A stretch of 39,464 nt of DNA from Tannerella sp. GTDB lineage: Bacteria > Bacteroidota > Bacteroidia > Bacteroidales > Tannerellaceae. Location of the stretch: contig JAITMT010000359.1 in NCBI GenBank assembly GCA_031277235.1, positions 1 to 39,464 on the forward strand. Direction: 5' to 3'. The position numbers and the translations under genes are program-made. Shown piece after piece: positions 1-10,000 of the stretch (the first letter of the stretch is position 1; each line of letters starts with the position of its first letter). Under the pieces are notes generated by a model. The model saw only the letters and a list, made by a program, of their open reading frames with translations. It ran no database searches and was not told the DNA's origin.

Positions 1-818
1 ACCCCGTTTTTCTGCGCCCGCCAAACGAAGAAAATTCCTGCCAAAATGAACGGAATACTCAGCAACTGCCCCATATTCAGCAACATACCCTGTTCAAAGG
101 CTTCCTGATCGTTTTTCACAAATTCGATGAAGAAACGCGCCGTGAAAATGCAAATCATAAAAACGCCAAAGATAAATCCTTCCTTTTTCCACGCTTCTTT
201 CTTGAAATACAGCCACATACACAACAGGAACGTCAAGGTATAACAGATTGCCTCGTAGATTTGCGTCGGATGGCTGGGCGCTGAAAAGATGGGTGCGGCG
301 CCTTGCTGCCACTTATGCAGGTTTTCCACGAAACGGAAACCCCAGGGCAAACCGGTCGGATGTCCGTAGATTTCATGATTCATCAGATTTCCCAGACGGA
401 TAAATGCAGCCACTAAACCGGTGGGAACCACCAATTTATCGAACACCCACAACATACTTCTGTGCGAAACGTATTTGGAGTATAGGTAGATGGCAACGAT
501 GATGCCCAGCACGCCGCCGTGGCTCGCCAGACCGCCTTCCCAAACGAATAAAATCTCAATCGGGTTAGCAAGGTAATAATCAGGTGCATAGAAAAGACAA
601 TGCCCGAGTCGAGCGCCGATAACCGTACCTCCAAGCGTATAATACAGCAACGGGTCGAGCCAGGCGGGATTCAACTTTTCGTTTTTCCACATTCGCTCAA
701 CGATCTTGTAACCAATGATAAAGCCCAAGACAAACGCCAAGGCATACCAGCGAATTTCCTTGCCGAAAATGGTAAAGATTTCGGGGTGAGCCGTCCATGT
801 AATTTCGAATACCGTCAT
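1..818 (-). CDS. lgt: Prolipoprotein diacylglyceryl transferase (3' end runs off the window)
   Basis: Not in the ORF track. Hand translation from ATG at 818 gives MTVFEITWTAHPEIF...IRWY...GARLGHCLFY...WEGGLASHGG...RLGNLMNHEIYG...HPTQIYE...RFFIEF...MGQLLSIP, all Lgt motifs. No stop before position 1. Confidence 0.96.
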   Translation of the reverse strand, partial: MTVFEITWTAHPEIFTIFGKEIRWYALAFVLGFIIGYKIVERMWKNEKLNPAWLDPLLYYTLGGTVIGARLGHCLFYAPDYYLANPIEILFVWEGGLASHGGVLGIIVAIYLYSKYVSHRSMLWVFDKLVVPTGLVAAFIRLGNLMNHEIYGHPTGLPWGFRFVENLHKWQQGAAPIFSAPSHPTQIYEAICYTLTFLLCMWLYFKKEAWKKEGFIFGVFMICIFTARFFIEFVKNDQEAFEQGMLLNMGQLLSIPFILAGIFFVWRAQKNG

Positions 819-844
819 TGTGTTTGATTTTAACAATATGACCA

Positions 845-852
845 CAAAGGTA
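845..852 (-). promoter_or_regulatory. Bacteroidetes primary-sigma -7 element for lgt
   Basis: TACCTTTG (TAnnTTTG consensus) 26 nt upstream of the lgt ATG. Confidence 0.7.
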
Positions 853-899
853 TGATTTTTTTTCGGAAACGCAATCGGAAACCGCGATAATTTATTTTT

Positions 900-1547
900 T
901 CAACCCGTTCCTTTGTTTTGAAGGGTATATACGATTTTCCTGTCTGTCAGTTGATAGCCGATAACGTTGATTGCTAATAAATCGCTCAGGATATTTTTCG
1001 CCGCGAAATAATTGATCCGTGCGATTTTTCGGAACTGACTGACTGTAATATAGGGATTTACATCCAAATATCTCAAAAGTTTCTCCACCGGACGGCTGAT
1101 TTTTAAATGCGTTCCGTTCAAGCCGGAAGTTTTCAACCACGCCATTTCGAGTATTTCCGGCGCCTCTATATTTTCATCTTTTATCCGGATATATGTTTTA
1201 TAATTGCCGTCTTTATCCGGCGATTGATGAGGTTTCACAGCACTTTTCGTAACTTTTACTTCGAGAATAATTTTCCCCTCCATATTCCATTCCTTCACTT
1301 TAAAGGCGACTCCCGGTCGGCAATACAGTTCCGCAGCCGCTTGAATCATATACGCTTCCTCTTCGCTTTGAATACCGGCGATATGACCGTTGTCCTTCAC
1401 GCCGATTAGCAACGTTCCGCCGTCGGTATTGGCAAATGCAGCAAGGGTTCTGGCGATTTTTTTGCTGTCGCTGACCTCAAATTTGAAATCCAGTTGCCGG
1501 TGTTCTCCCTGCGCAATTAATTCCGTGATGTAACGATTTTTGTTCAT
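900..1547 (-). CDS. AlbA_2 (Schlafen-like) domain protein with probable C-terminal winged helix
   Basis: GEHRQLDFK...IARTLAAFANTDGGTLLIGVKDNG is the AlbA_2 signature. The C-terminus ITVSQFRKIARINYFAAKNILSDL is HTH-like. Confidence 0.85.
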   Translation of the reverse strand: MNKNRYITELIAQGEHRQLDFKFEVSDSKKIARTLAAFANTDGGTLLIGVKDNGHIAGIQSEEEAYMIQAAAELYCRPGVAFKVKEWNMEGKIILEVKVTKSAVKPHQSPDKDGNYKTYIRIKDENIEAPEILEMAWLKTSGLNGTHLKISRPVEKLLRYLDVNPYITVSQFRKIARINYFAAKNILSDLLAINVIGYQLTDRKIVYTLQNKGTG

Positions 1548-1557
1548 AAATTCGATA

Positions 1558-1565
1558 CAAAAATA
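1558..1565 (-). promoter_or_regulatory. -7 promoter element for the AlbA_2 gene
   Basis: TATTTTTG 10 nt upstream of ATG 1547, just downstream of two terminators. Confidence 0.5.
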
Positions 1566-1576
1566 CGGAATTTGAA

Positions 1577-1617
1577 GAAAAAAACAAAAGTCATCGCTTT
1601 ATGGATGACGATGACCT
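1577..1617 (-). terminator. Second intrinsic terminator downstream of rplQ
   Basis: Minus strand AGGTCATCG-loop-CGATGACTT followed by TTGTTTTTTT. Confidence 0.6.
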
Positions 1618-1624
1618 GCTGCCG

Positions 1625-1681
1625 GCGCGGATTGGCGGTCGGCGTGTTGTTCGGCATGGATTACAAATCCGCGCAAACGGG
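1625..1681. repeat. REP-like palindrome (GGATTACAAATCC core)
   Basis: ggcatggattacaaatccgcgcaaacggg at 1653-1681; gcgcggatt at 1625-1633 is the inverse of aatccgcgc at 1666-1674. Confidence 0.55.
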
Positions 1682-1713
1682 AGGGAAATTACGCCGAAGG
1701 CGCTAAACATGGC

Positions 1714-1755
1714 AAGAAAAAGAGGTATCTGCTTCACACAAGCGGATACCCCCTT
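1714..1755 (-). terminator. Intrinsic terminator of the ribosomal superoperon
   Basis: Minus strand GGGGTATCCGCTT-GTGTG-AAGCAGATACCTC then TTTTTCTT, 30 nt after the rplQ stop. Confidence 0.88.
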
Positions 1756-1784
1756 CACAGTAATGTTATGGAAAAAAAATGTTT

Positions 1785-2420
1785 TTAAGCCTTGGGTTCT
1801 TCGTCGGCAGGTTGTTCTGCGGCGTCGTCCTGCGGTACTTCCGGCTGTACTTCTTCCTGTACGTCCTGTACTTCGGCGACGGTTTTTTCGGCTGCCTTTT
1901 CCACATTTTCTACCACGACTGCGTCTTCTGCCTTCTCCTTAGCCTTTGTCTTCTTCTTTTCGGCGACGGGAGCGGCGACAGTTTCTGCGTCGGCAGTAGT
2001 TGTTTTTTTGCGCGAGCGACGGGTTTTCGTTGTTGCTTTTTTGGTTTCTTTCAGCATGTTTTCGTTGAAGTCCACCAATTCAATGAAGCACATTGCCGCA
2101 TTATCGCCCAGACGGTTTCCGGTTTTCAAAATGCGGGTATAACCTCCGGGACGGGTGGCTACTTTTTCAGATACCACTGAAAACAGTTCTTTTACAGCCA
2201 CTTTGTCCTGCAGTTCCGAAAAAACCACACGGCGTGAATGGACGGTGTCATCTTTTGTTCTGTTGATAAGCGGTTCAACGAATTTGCGAAGCGCCTTCGC
2301 TTTGGCGGTGGTCGTAAAGATACGTTTATGCTTGATCAGCGACGACGCCATATTGGAAAGCATGGCTCCGCGGTGCGAACTGGTACGACCTAAATGATTT
2401 ATTTTCTTATTGTGTCTCAT
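1785..2420 (-). CDS. rplQ: 50S ribosomal protein L17 with long Lys/Ala/Glu-rich C-terminal extension
   Basis: [17 protein letters not shown]...[10 protein letters not shown]; follows rpoA. Confidence 0.98.
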   Translation of the reverse strand: MRHNKKINHLGRTSSHRGAMLSNMASSLIKHKRIFTTTAKAKALRKFVEPLINRTKDDTVHSRRVVFSELQDKVAVKELFSVVSEKVATRPGGYTRILKTGNRLGDNAAMCFIELVDFNENMLKETKKATTKTRRSRKKTTTADAETVAAPVAEKKKTKAKEKAEDAVVVENVEKAAEKTVAEVQDVQEEVQPEVPQDDAAEQPADEEPKA

Positions 2421-2422
2421 TG

Positions 2423-3415
2423 TTAATCAATATCTAATTTATATTTTGAAATATCCATGCCGAATGACAGGTGCAATCCGTCGAGCAGTTCGTCGAGTTC
2501 GGTGAGGGATTTTTTGCCGAAGTTGCGGAATTTCAACAGATCATTCTTGTTGTAGTGCACAAGGTCTCCCAGCGTAACGACGTCGGCGGCTTTGAGGCAG
2601 TTCAGAGCGCGAACCGACAAGTCCATGTCCGCAAGTTTCGTTTTCAGGAGTTGGCGCATGTGCAGCACTTCCTCGTCAAATTCCTCATTGACTTCAACAT
2701 CAACGGTTTCAATAGCCATCTTGTCGTCGGAGAAGAGTTGAAAGTGGTGAATCAATATCTTCGCAGCCTCTTTCAGGGCTTCTTTCGGATGGATGGAGCC
2801 GTCGGTAGTGATTTCTACCGTCAGTTTTTCGTAGTCCGTTTTCTGTTCCACACGGTAATTATCTACCGTATATTTCACGTTGCGAATCGGCGTGTAGATG
2901 GAATCTATCGAAATGACGCGTACGTCGGGGCTTTGCACATGCTCGTCGGAGGGCACGTAGCCGCGTCCCTTGTTAATAGTCAGTTCCATTTGCAGCGAAG
3001 TGTCGGACGAAAGGTGACAGATTTCGAGTTCAGGGTTGAGGATTTCAAATCCGCCCGTCAGATGCTTGTCAATATCTCCGGCTCTGAATACTTCCTTTTT
3101 GGAAACGTTTACGGTTATTTTCACTTCCTCCACATCGTCGCCTTCGTGTTTGAAACGCACCTGTTTCAGGTTGAGGATGATGTTGGTTACATCTTCAAGC
3201 ACTCCGGGGATGGTGGCAAATTCATGCTCCACGCCGTCAATCTTGATGGATGAAATGGCATAACCTTCTAATGAAGACAGTAGAATACGACGCAAAGCAT
3301 TACCTATTGTAATGCCATAGCCGGGCTCCAAGGGACGAAATTCGAACTTGCCGAAGAAATCATCCGTCTCCAACATATATACCTTGTCAGGCTTTTGGAA
3401 TGCTAATATCGCCAT
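2423..3415 (-). CDS. rpoA: RNA polymerase alpha subunit
   Basis: [22 protein letters not shown]; [13 protein letters not shown]...RNFGKKSL. Confidence 0.99.
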   Translation of the reverse strand: MAILAFQKPDKVYMLETDDFFGKFEFRPLEPGYGITIGNALRRILLSSLEGYAISSIKIDGVEHEFATIPGVLEDVTNIILNLKQVRFKHEGDDVEEVKITVNVSKKEVFRAGDIDKHLTGGFEILNPELEICHLSSDTSLQMELTINKGRGYVPSDEHVQSPDVRVISIDSIYTPIRNVKYTVDNYRVEQKTDYEKLTVEITTDGSIHPKEALKEAAKILIHHFQLFSDDKMAIETVDVEVNEEFDEEVLHMRQLLKTKLADMDLSVRALNCLKAADVVTLGDLVHYNKNDLLKFRNFGKKSLTELDELLDGLHLSFGMDISKYKLDID

Positions 3416-3421
3416 AATCTG

Positions 3422-4027
3422 TTATTTAGAGTATAACTCCACGATTAATTGTTCTTTGATGTTTTCAGGAATATCTGCTCTTTCGGGCAGGTGCAATAGT
3501 TTTCCGCTCAGTGTTGCGGGATCCCATTCCATCCACGGGTATTTGCTGTGGTTGAATCCGGACAGCGCGTTCGTGATGACTTCCAGGGACTTCGAGCGTT
3601 CGCGCACGCCAATCAACTGACCCGATTTCACGGTGTAGGACGGTATGTTTACGACCTTTCCGTCCACCACGATATGGCGGTGGGAAACAAGTTGGCGGGC
3701 TGCGTCGCGCGTGGGCGCCAGTCCGAGGCGGAACACGGTATTGTCCAGCCGGCTTTCCAGCAACTGCAGGAGCACTTCGCCGGTGATGCCCTTGGAACGC
3801 TGCGCCTTCTCGAAGAGATTTCTGAACTGTCTCTCCAGCACTCCGTACGTATATTTCGCCTTTTGCTTTTCGCGCAACTGCGTGCCATACTCGGATGTTT
3901 TCTTGCGACGGCTCAAGCCGTGCTGTCCGGGAGGATAATTCTTTTTTGACAGTACCTTATCCGCGCCGTAGATGGCTTCGCCGAACTTACGGGCAATTTT
4001 TGTTTTTGGACCTGTATATCTTGCCAT
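3422..4027 (-). CDS. rpsD: 30S ribosomal protein S4
   Basis: MARYTGP...PGQHG...[12 protein letters not shown]...LESRLDN. Confidence 0.99.
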   Translation of the reverse strand: MARYTGPKTKIARKFGEAIYGADKVLSKKNYPPGQHGLSRRKKTSEYGTQLREKQKAKYTYGVLERQFRNLFEKAQRSKGITGEVLLQLLESRLDNTVFRLGLAPTRDAARQLVSHRHIVVDGKVVNIPSYTVKSGQLIGVRERSKSLEVITNALSGFNHSKYPWMEWDPATLSGKLLHLPERADIPENIKEQLIVELYSK

Positions 4028-4046
4028 TATCTTTTCTTTTAAATTT

Positions 4047-4436
4047 TTATACTCTTCTTCTTTTAGGCGGGCGGCAACCGTTGTGCGGAAGCGGCGTTAC
4101 GTCTATGATTTCCGTTACTTCGATACCGGCGCTGTGGATGGTGCGGATTGCCGATTCGCGACCGTTGCCCGGTCCCTTGATGTAGGCTTTTACCTTGCGC
4201 AAGCCCAAATCGTACGCTATCTTGGCGCAATCCTGCGCTGCCATCTGGGCGGCATACGGGGTATTTTTCTTGGAACTGCGGAATTTCATTTTTCCGGCTG
4301 ATGACCAACTGATCACTTGTCCGTCACTGTTGGTGAGGGATATGATGATGTTGTTAAAAGACGAGTGCACGTGAGCTTGTCCGTAGGCGTCCACTTTAAC
4401 TTTTCTCTTTTTTGCTGCGATTGCTTTTTTTGCCAT
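4047..4436 (-). CDS. rpsK: 30S ribosomal protein S11
   Basis: SFNNII...TPYAAQMAA...[18 protein letters not shown]. Confidence 0.99.
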   Translation of the reverse strand: MAKKAIAAKKRKVKVDAYGQAHVHSSFNNIIISLTNSDGQVISWSSAGKMKFRSSKKNTPYAAQMAAQDCAKIAYDLGLRKVKAYIKGPGNGRESAIRTIHSAGIEVTEIIDVTPLPHNGCRPPKRRRV

Positions 4437-4446
4437 AACTTAATGA

Positions 4447-4827
4447 TTATTTAGTAGCCTTTTTCTTGTTTGCAACGGTTTTTTTCTTGCCACGGCGTGT
4501 GCGGGCGTTGTTTTTCGTACTTTGTCCTCTCACGGGAAGCCCGATACGGTGACGTATGCCCCGATAGCAGCCGATGTCCATCAGCCGTTTGATGTTCAGT
4601 TGCACTTCCGAGCGGAGGTCTCCTTCCACCTTGTGTTCCGCGCCGATTACTTCGCGAATCTTTGCTGCCTGGTCGTCTGTCCAGTCTTTCACTTTGATAT
4701 CCCTGTCCACGCCGGCTTTTTTCAATATCGAATTGGACGCGCTGCGACCGATTCCGAATATATACGTGAGGGCTATTTCTCCTCTTTTGTCCTGCGGTAA
4801 ATCAACTCCTACTATTCTTATAGCCAT
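4447..4827 (-). CDS. rpsM: 30S ribosomal protein S13
   Basis: [10 protein letters not shown]...[26 protein letters not shown]. Confidence 0.99.
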   Translation of the reverse strand: MAIRIVGVDLPQDKRGEIALTYIFGIGRSASNSILKKAGVDRDIKVKDWTDDQAAKIREVIGAEHKVEGDLRSEVQLNIKRLMDIGCYRGIRHRIGLPVRGQSTKNNARTRRGKKKTVANKKKATK

Positions 4828-4874
4828 AGTTTATCTTTTTTTTATTAATTTTAAACTTTAAACCTTGAACCAAA

Positions 4875-4991
4875 TTAGCCCTGACGTACTTTAAACTTCG
4901 GGTTCTTCTTGTTAATCACGTATAAACGTCCCTTTCTCCTGACGATTTTGCAGTCAGGCGTACGTTTCTTCAAAGATGCTCTTACTTTCAT
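4875..4991 (-). CDS. rpmJ: 50S ribosomal protein L36 (type without a full Zn ribbon)
   Basis: Below the ORF-track cutoff. Hand translation: [38 protein letters not shown] (38 aa). Confidence 0.97.
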   Translation of the reverse strand: MKVRASLKKRTPDCKIVRRKGRLYVINKKNPKFKVRQG

Positions 4992-5014
4992 ATCTATCTA
5001 TTTTTTTATATTAT

Positions 5015-5233
5015 CTATTTGTATCTGAACGCTATGCGCCCTTTTGACAAGTCGTAGGGCGACATTTCCACTTTCACCTTGTCTCCGGGCAAAATCTTGA
5101 TGTAGTGCATACGCATCTTGCCGGAGATGTGTGCCGTAATTTCGTGTCCATTCTCCAATTCTACGCGGAACATAGCATTCGACAATGCTTCTATAATCAG
5201 TCCGTCCTGTTCTATTGCTGCCTGTTTAGCCAT
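5015..5233 (-). CDS. infA: Translation initiation factor IF-1
   Basis: [15 protein letters not shown]...[19 protein letters not shown]. Confidence 0.99.
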   Translation of the reverse strand: MAKQAAIEQDGLIIEALSNAMFRVELENGHEITAHISGKMRMHYIKILPGDKVKVEMSPYDLSKGRIAFRYK

Positions 5234-5241
5234 ATATCAAT

Positions 5242-6024
5242 TTAAAAATCCTTTCCAATCACTGCTTCCACATAGTCGAACGACGACAAAATACGCGCTC
5301 CGCCGGGTCGTATCGCCACGCAATGTTCAAAGTGCGCCGACAGTTTGCGGTCGCGCGTGCGTACCGTCCATTTGTCCGACTCGAAGATCACTTCCTTTTG
5401 TCCCTGGTTGATCATCGGCTCGATGCAGATGCACATTCCGCTTTTCAACAGCGCTCCATTGCCTTTGCGTCCATAATTGGGCACTTCCGGCTCCTCGTGC
5501 ATTTTCCTGCCGCAGCCGTGTCCGACCAATTCGCGCACCACCGAGTAACGCCGCTTTTCGCAGTAATACTGTACGGCGTTGCTGACGTCTCCGACGCGGT
5601 TTCCGACTTTCGCCTGTTCGATTCCGGCGTAGAGCGATTCCTTGGTTGTTCGCAGCAACCGTTTTGTTTCCTCCGAAACTTCGCCCACCGGAAATGTATA
5701 TGCAGAATCTCCGACAAATCCGTTCAAAACAGTTCCGATATCAATGGAGATTATGTCGCCTTCTTTCAGTATGACCTTTTCCGACGGTATCCCGTGCACA
5801 ACGTTTTCGTTGACCGAAGCGCAGATGGATTTCGGAAAGCCTTCATATCCGAGAAAAGCAGGGACGGCTCCATGGTCCCGGATGAATGTATCCGCCAAAT
5901 TATTCAGTTGCAGGGTATCAACGCCCGGTTTTATCACTTTGGCGAGTTCGCCGAGCGTTTTGCCTACCAGCTGGTTGGCAGCGTACATCAATTCTATTTC
6001 TTCGTCTGTCTTGAGAAAAATCAT
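5242..6024 (-). CDS. map: Type I methionine aminopeptidase
   Basis: CASVNENVVHGIP, DIG...GDSA, GHG..MHEEP, IEPM, SAHFEH. ATG 6024 is preferred over the TTG at 6033. Confidence 0.97.
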   Translation of the reverse strand: MIFLKTDEEIELMYAANQLVGKTLGELAKVIKPGVDTLQLNNLADTFIRDHGAVPAFLGYEGFPKSICASVNENVVHGIPSEKVILKEGDIISIDIGTVLNGFVGDSAYTFPVGEVSEETKRLLRTTKESLYAGIEQAKVGNRVGDVSNAVQYYCEKRRYSVVRELVGHGCGRKMHEEPEVPNYGRKGNGALLKSGMCICIEPMINQGQKEVIFESDKWTVRTRDRKLSAHFEHCVAIRPGGARILSSFDYVEAVIGKDF

Positions 6025-6029
6025 TTTCG

Positions 6030-7367
6030 TCAATATGCAGCAACCGCTCCCGAACGTCCTTTGATCCTTCCGGATTTGAGAAGTCCGTCGTAGTGGCGCA
6101 TCAACAGATGGCTCTCCACCTGTTGCAACGTATCTAAAATAACGCCTACCATAATCAGCAGGGAGGTTCCGCCAAAAAATTGCGAGAATCCCTGGCTGAC
6201 GCCGGCGAGACGGGCAAATGCGGGTAAAATAGCCACAAGTCCCAGAAATATGGCGCCCGGAAGCGTGATTCTGGACATGATGGTATCCAAATATTCTTTG
6301 GTAGCCTTTCCGGGTTTGACGCCGGGAATAAAGCCGTTATTTCTTTTCAAGTCATCCGCCATTTGCGTCGGATTGACGGTTATTGCCGTATAGAAATACG
6401 TAAACGCAAGAATCATGACGAAGAAGGTGAAGTTATACCAGAAACCGGTATTGTTCATAAATGCCTGCAAAAAACCGGACTGTCCGCCGCTGAACATCCC
6501 CCAAAGCGTCATCGGAATCATCATGATAGCCTGTGCAAAGATAATCGGCATCACGTTGGCTGCATTGACTTTTATGGGGATATACTGGCGCGCTCCGCCG
6601 TACTGCTTGTTGCCGACGATTCTTTTGGCATACTGCACCGGTACCCGCCGCGTTCCCTGCACCAGCATAATCGCGCCGGCGATGACAAGCAAGAGGAAGA
6701 GTATTTCGACCAAAAACATGACCAAACCTCCTGCCTGCTCCGTAATACGGGAAGTAAATTCCTGTATGAGCGCCTGCGGCAAGCGGTTGATGATACCGAT
6801 CATAATGATGAATGAAATACCGTTGCCGATACCCTTGTCGGTGATGCGTTCGCCGAGCCAGAGCACAAACATACTGCCGGCTGCCATGATGATGAGGGAC
6901 GAAACTTTGAACCACATGCCCGCCGGTATGGCAGCGCCTGCCTGACGCAACTGCATATCCAGGTTGGTCAAATAGGCAAAACCTTGAACGATCAGGATTA
7001 TCACCGTCAGATAACGGGTTATCTGATTGATTTTCCGGCGTCCGCTTTCGCCTTCGCGCTGCATTTTCTGGAACGACGGGATCACGATTGCCGCCAACTG
7101 CATCACGATGGAAGCAGAGATGTAGGGCATGATACCGAGCGCAAAAATTGAAGCGTTGGAGAATGCGCCTCCCGAAAACATGTCGATCAGAGCCAGCAAA
7201 CCGCCGCTCGTCTGTTTTGACAATTCGGTAAGGTCTTTCGGATCAATACCGGGAAGCACCACGTATGTACCAAACAGATAAACTGTTACGTACAGGATGG
7301 TGATAAGGATGCGTTTCCTTAAATCTTCAATTTTCCAGATATTTTTTATTGTTTCAATTAATCTCAT
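6030..7367 (-). CDS. secY: Preprotein translocase SecY
   Basis: SIFALGIMPYISASIV, WLGERITDKGIGNGIS, FIPGVKPG, GGTSLLI. Confidence 0.99.
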   Translation of the reverse strand: MRLIETIKNIWKIEDLRKRILITILYVTVYLFGTYVVLPGIDPKDLTELSKQTSGGLLALIDMFSGGAFSNASIFALGIMPYISASIVMQLAAIVIPSFQKMQREGESGRRKINQITRYLTVIILIVQGFAYLTNLDMQLRQAGAAIPAGMWFKVSSLIIMAAGSMFVLWLGERITDKGIGNGISFIIMIGIINRLPQALIQEFTSRITEQAGGLVMFLVEILFLLLVIAGAIMLVQGTRRVPVQYAKRIVGNKQYGGARQYIPIKVNAANVMPIIFAQAIMMIPMTLWGMFSGGQSGFLQAFMNNTGFWYNFTFFVMILAFTYFYTAITVNPTQMADDLKRNNGFIPGVKPGKATKEYLDTIMSRITLPGAIFLGLVAILPAFARLAGVSQGFSQFFGGTSLLIMVGVILDTLQQVESHLLMRHYDGLLKSGRIKGRSGAVAAY

Positions 7368-7373
7368 AATTGT

Positions 7374-7820
7374 TTAAAGTTTTGTTGCTGTTCCACCTGT
7401 CGCTTTGATTGCCTCTTCTGCCGTTTTGGAAAAAGCGTGCGCTTCGACGTCCACTTTCGCTTTCAGTTCGCCCTTGGCAAGAATTTTCACCAATTGCGAT
7501 TTGGAAATGAAGCCTGCATTTCTCAATTCTTCCAATCCGATTTTCGACAGATTTTTCTCTTCTGCCAACTGTTGGAGTGTAGTGAGGTTTATCGCCTTGT
7601 ATTCCACACGGTTCATATTTTTGAAGCCAAACTTCGGCAAACGGCGTTGCATCGGCATCTGACCGCCTTCAAAGCCCGTTTTTTGCTTGTATCCCGAGCG
7701 TGCCTTGGCGCCTTTATGACCTCTTGTGGAAGTGCCGCCCAAGCCGGAGCCCGGTCCGCGACCGATTCTTTTACGGGTTTTTGTTGCGCCTGCTGCTGGT
7801 TTTAAACTGGATAAATTCAT
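7374..7820 (-). CDS. rplO: 50S ribosomal protein L15
   Basis: RIGRGPGSGLGGTSTRGHKG...GFEGGQMP. Confidence 0.99.
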   Translation of the reverse strand: MNLSSLKPAAGATKTRKRIGRGPGSGLGGTSTRGHKGAKARSGYKQKTGFEGGQMPMQRRLPKFGFKNMNRVEYKAINLTTLQQLAEEKNLSKIGLEELRNAGFISKSQLVKILAKGELKAKVDVEAHAFSKTAEEAIKATGGTATKL

Positions 7821-7852
7821 ATCTTTATTTGTTTTTTTACTCGTTTGATTAA

Positions 7853-8029
7853 TTATTCCGAAACGGAAACCAAATGTCTCACTTTTCTTACCATTCCCTC
7901 GATTGCGGGTGTACGTTCGTGTTCAACCGTTTTGTGCATTTTGGTCAGTCCAAGTGCGTCCAGCGTTCTTTTCTGGTCTTTCGGGCTGCCGATGCGGCTT
8001 TTTATCTGCGTAATTTTGATGGTTGCCAT
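7853..8029 (-). CDS. rpmD: 50S ribosomal protein L30
   Basis: Below the ORF-track cutoff. Hand translation: MATIKITQIKSRIGSPKDQKRTLDALGLTKMHKTVEHERTPAIEGMVRKVRHLVSVSE (58 aa). Confidence 0.97.
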   Translation of the reverse strand: MATIKITQIKSRIGSPKDQKRTLDALGLTKMHKTVEHERTPAIEGMVRKVRHLVSVSE

Positions 8030-8050
8030 AATCTGTTTTCCTCCTGATTT

Positions 8051-8566
8051 TTAACCTTTAAATACTTTTTCGAGCGATATTCCCCTGTTCTGCGCCACCA
8101 TCAGCGGGCTTCTCATTTCGTTCAATGCGGCAAACGTTGCCTTCACAAGGTTGTGCGGATTGGACGAGCCTTTGGATTTGGCGAGCACGTCTTTCACGCC
8201 GACGCTTTCGAGCACGGCGCGCATGGCGCCACCGGCTTTTACGCCTGTTCCTGGCGTTGCCGGACGCAATAACACTTGTGCGCCGCCGAACTTACCGGTC
8301 TGTTCGTGGGGAATGGTACCCTTGTAAACGGGTATTTTCACCAGATTCTTTTTCGCGGATTCTACTCCCTTTTCAATGGCAGTCGTCACTTCGCCCGCTT
8401 TTCCGAGCCCCCAGCCGATGATGCCGTCTCCGTTTCCGACTACGACAATCGCGGCAAATGTGAACGTGCGTCCTCCTTTCGTCACTTTCGTAACGCGGTT
8501 GATTGCTACCAATTTATCTACTAACTCTAAATCGTTCGTTGATTTAATTCTGTTGTTTATTGCCAT
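8051..8566 (-). CDS. rpsE: 30S ribosomal protein S5
   Basis: [23 protein letters not shown]...[11 protein letters not shown]. Confidence 0.99.
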   Translation of the reverse strand: MAINNRIKSTNDLELVDKLVAINRVTKVTKGGRTFTFAAIVVVGNGDGIIGWGLGKAGEVTTAIEKGVESAKKNLVKIPVYKGTIPHEQTGKFGGAQVLLRPATPGTGVKAGGAMRAVLESVGVKDVLAKSKGSSNPHNLVKATFAALNEMRSPLMVAQNRGISLEKVFKG

Positions 8567-8572
8567 TGCTTT

Positions 8573-8917
8573 TTAAAATTTAAGTCCACCGTTACGTGCG
8601 GCATCTGCCAGTTCTTTAATTCTCCCGTGATAGAGGTAGCCGTTTCTGTCGAACACAACAGCCTGAATACCTGCTTCCTGTGCATTTTTTGCAATCATTT
8701 CGCCGACTTTGGCGGCAATTTCCTTTTTGGGCGCCTTGTCGGTGATCTTCAATGACGACGCCGAGGCGAGCGTTTTGCCCTGTACGTCGTTGATTACCTG
8801 TGCGTATATCTGCTTGTTGCTGCGGAACACGGTCAAACGCGGACGTTCTGCCGTTCCCGAAACGCGACCCCGAATACTTTTCTTGATCTTTAATCTTCTT
8901 GCATCTTTCTGTACCAT
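8573..8917 (-). CDS. rplR: 50S ribosomal protein L18
   Basis: [20 protein letters not shown]...[12 protein letters not shown]. Confidence 0.99.
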   Translation of the reverse strand: MVQKDARRLKIKKSIRGRVSGTAERPRLTVFRSNKQIYAQVINDVQGKTLASASSLKITDKAPKKEIAAKVGEMIAKNAQEAGIQAVVFDRNGYLYHGRIKELADAARNGGLKF

Positions 8918-8938
8918 AATTATATTTATTTACGAGGC

Positions 8939-9490
8939 TTATTTAGCCGCAGATTTACCTGATTTTCTTCTGATTATTTCTCCCGCAAACTTGATACCCT
9001 TGCCTTTGTAAGGTTCGGGCATGCGGAATGAACGGATTTTCGCGCATATCTGACCGAGCAATTGCTTGTCGGAGGATTCGAGGATGATTTGCGGGTTTTT
9101 GTTGCGTTCCATTTTGGTTTCCAGCTTGATGTCAGCCGGAAGTTCCAAATATATATTGTGCGTAAATCCCAGCGAAAGTTCCAGAATCTGTCCCTGACTG
9201 CTCGCGCGATAGCCCACGCCGACGAGTTCGAGTTGTTTCCTGTAGCCGTCGGATACGCCTGTAACCATATTGTTAAGCAATGAACGGTACAAGCCGTGCA
9301 GCGCGCGGTGGCTGATGCTGTCGGACGGTCTGGAAACGGTCAGCGTACCGTCTTCTACCTTTACTTTGATGTCGGGATTGACTTTTTGCGTCAATTCGCC
9401 TTTGGGTCCCTTTACGGTTATCACGCCGTCTTTTTCGGAGACATTGACTCCCGACGGAATTTTGATGGGTAATTTTCCTATTCTTGACAT
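8939..9490 (-). CDS. rplF: 50S ribosomal protein L6
   Basis: MSRIGKLPI...PEPYKGKGI. Confidence 0.99.
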   Translation of the reverse strand: MSRIGKLPIKIPSGVNVSEKDGVITVKGPKGELTQKVNPDIKVKVEDGTLTVSRPSDSISHRALHGLYRSLLNNMVTGVSDGYRKQLELVGVGYRASSQGQILELSLGFTHNIYLELPADIKLETKMERNKNPQIILESSDKQLLGQICAKIRSFRMPEPYKGKGIKFAGEIIRRKSGKSAAK

Positions 9491-9506
9491 GTTTTTTTCC
9501 TCCTCG

Positions 9507-9902
9507 TTAATAGATGTAACATAAAACTTCGCCGCCGATATTCAGGTCGCGCGCTTCCTTGTCGGTCATCACGCCTTGAGAGGTGGAAAGGATGGCGATG
9601 CCCAAACCGTTCAGCACGCGCGGAAGGTCTTTATGACCGGCGTATCTTCTTAAACCGGGTCTGGAAACTCGCTGGAGTTTCTTGATCGCATTCACTTTAT
9701 TTACAGGGTCATACTTCAGGGCGACCTTGATGGTGCCCTGCGGTCCCTCGTCCACAAACTTAAAATTAAGTATGTAGCCCTTGTCAAAGAGAATTTTCGT
9801 AATCTCTTTTTTCAAATTCGACGCAGGCACTTCCACTACTCGGTGCTGCGCTTTGATTGCGTTGCGCAATCGTGTTAAATAATCTGCAATAGGGTCTGTC
9901 AT
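9507..9902 (-). CDS. rpsH: 30S ribosomal protein S8
   Basis: MTDPIADYLTRLRNA...SRPGLRRY...GGEVLC; start corrected from 9941 to 9902. Confidence 0.98.
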   Translation of the reverse strand: MTDPIADYLTRLRNAIKAQHRVVEVPASNLKKEITKILFDKGYILNFKFVDEGPQGTIKVALKYDPVNKVNAIKKLQRVSRPGLRRYAGHKDLPRVLNGLGIAILSTSQGVMTDKEARDLNIGGEVLCYIY

Positions 9903-9954
9903 ATTTTTTTTACCATTAAATTGATCCGGCATCCCGGACAATATTTAAATTTTT

Positions 9955-9993
9955 TTCAACTTTCAAATCTTCAAATTTTCAAATCTTCAAATC
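9955..9993. repeat. Tandem octamer array (TTCAAATY x4 plus one degenerate unit)
   Basis: ttcaact ttcaaatc ttcaaatt ttcaaatc ttcaaatc in the rpsN-rpsH spacer. Confidence 0.85.
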
Positions 9994-10000
9994 AAAGTAA

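Noticed and set aside
94-827. Three short ORFs (94-312, 413-634, 600-827)
   Set aside because: They are shadows of lgt, which the track omitted because its stop lies outside the window.
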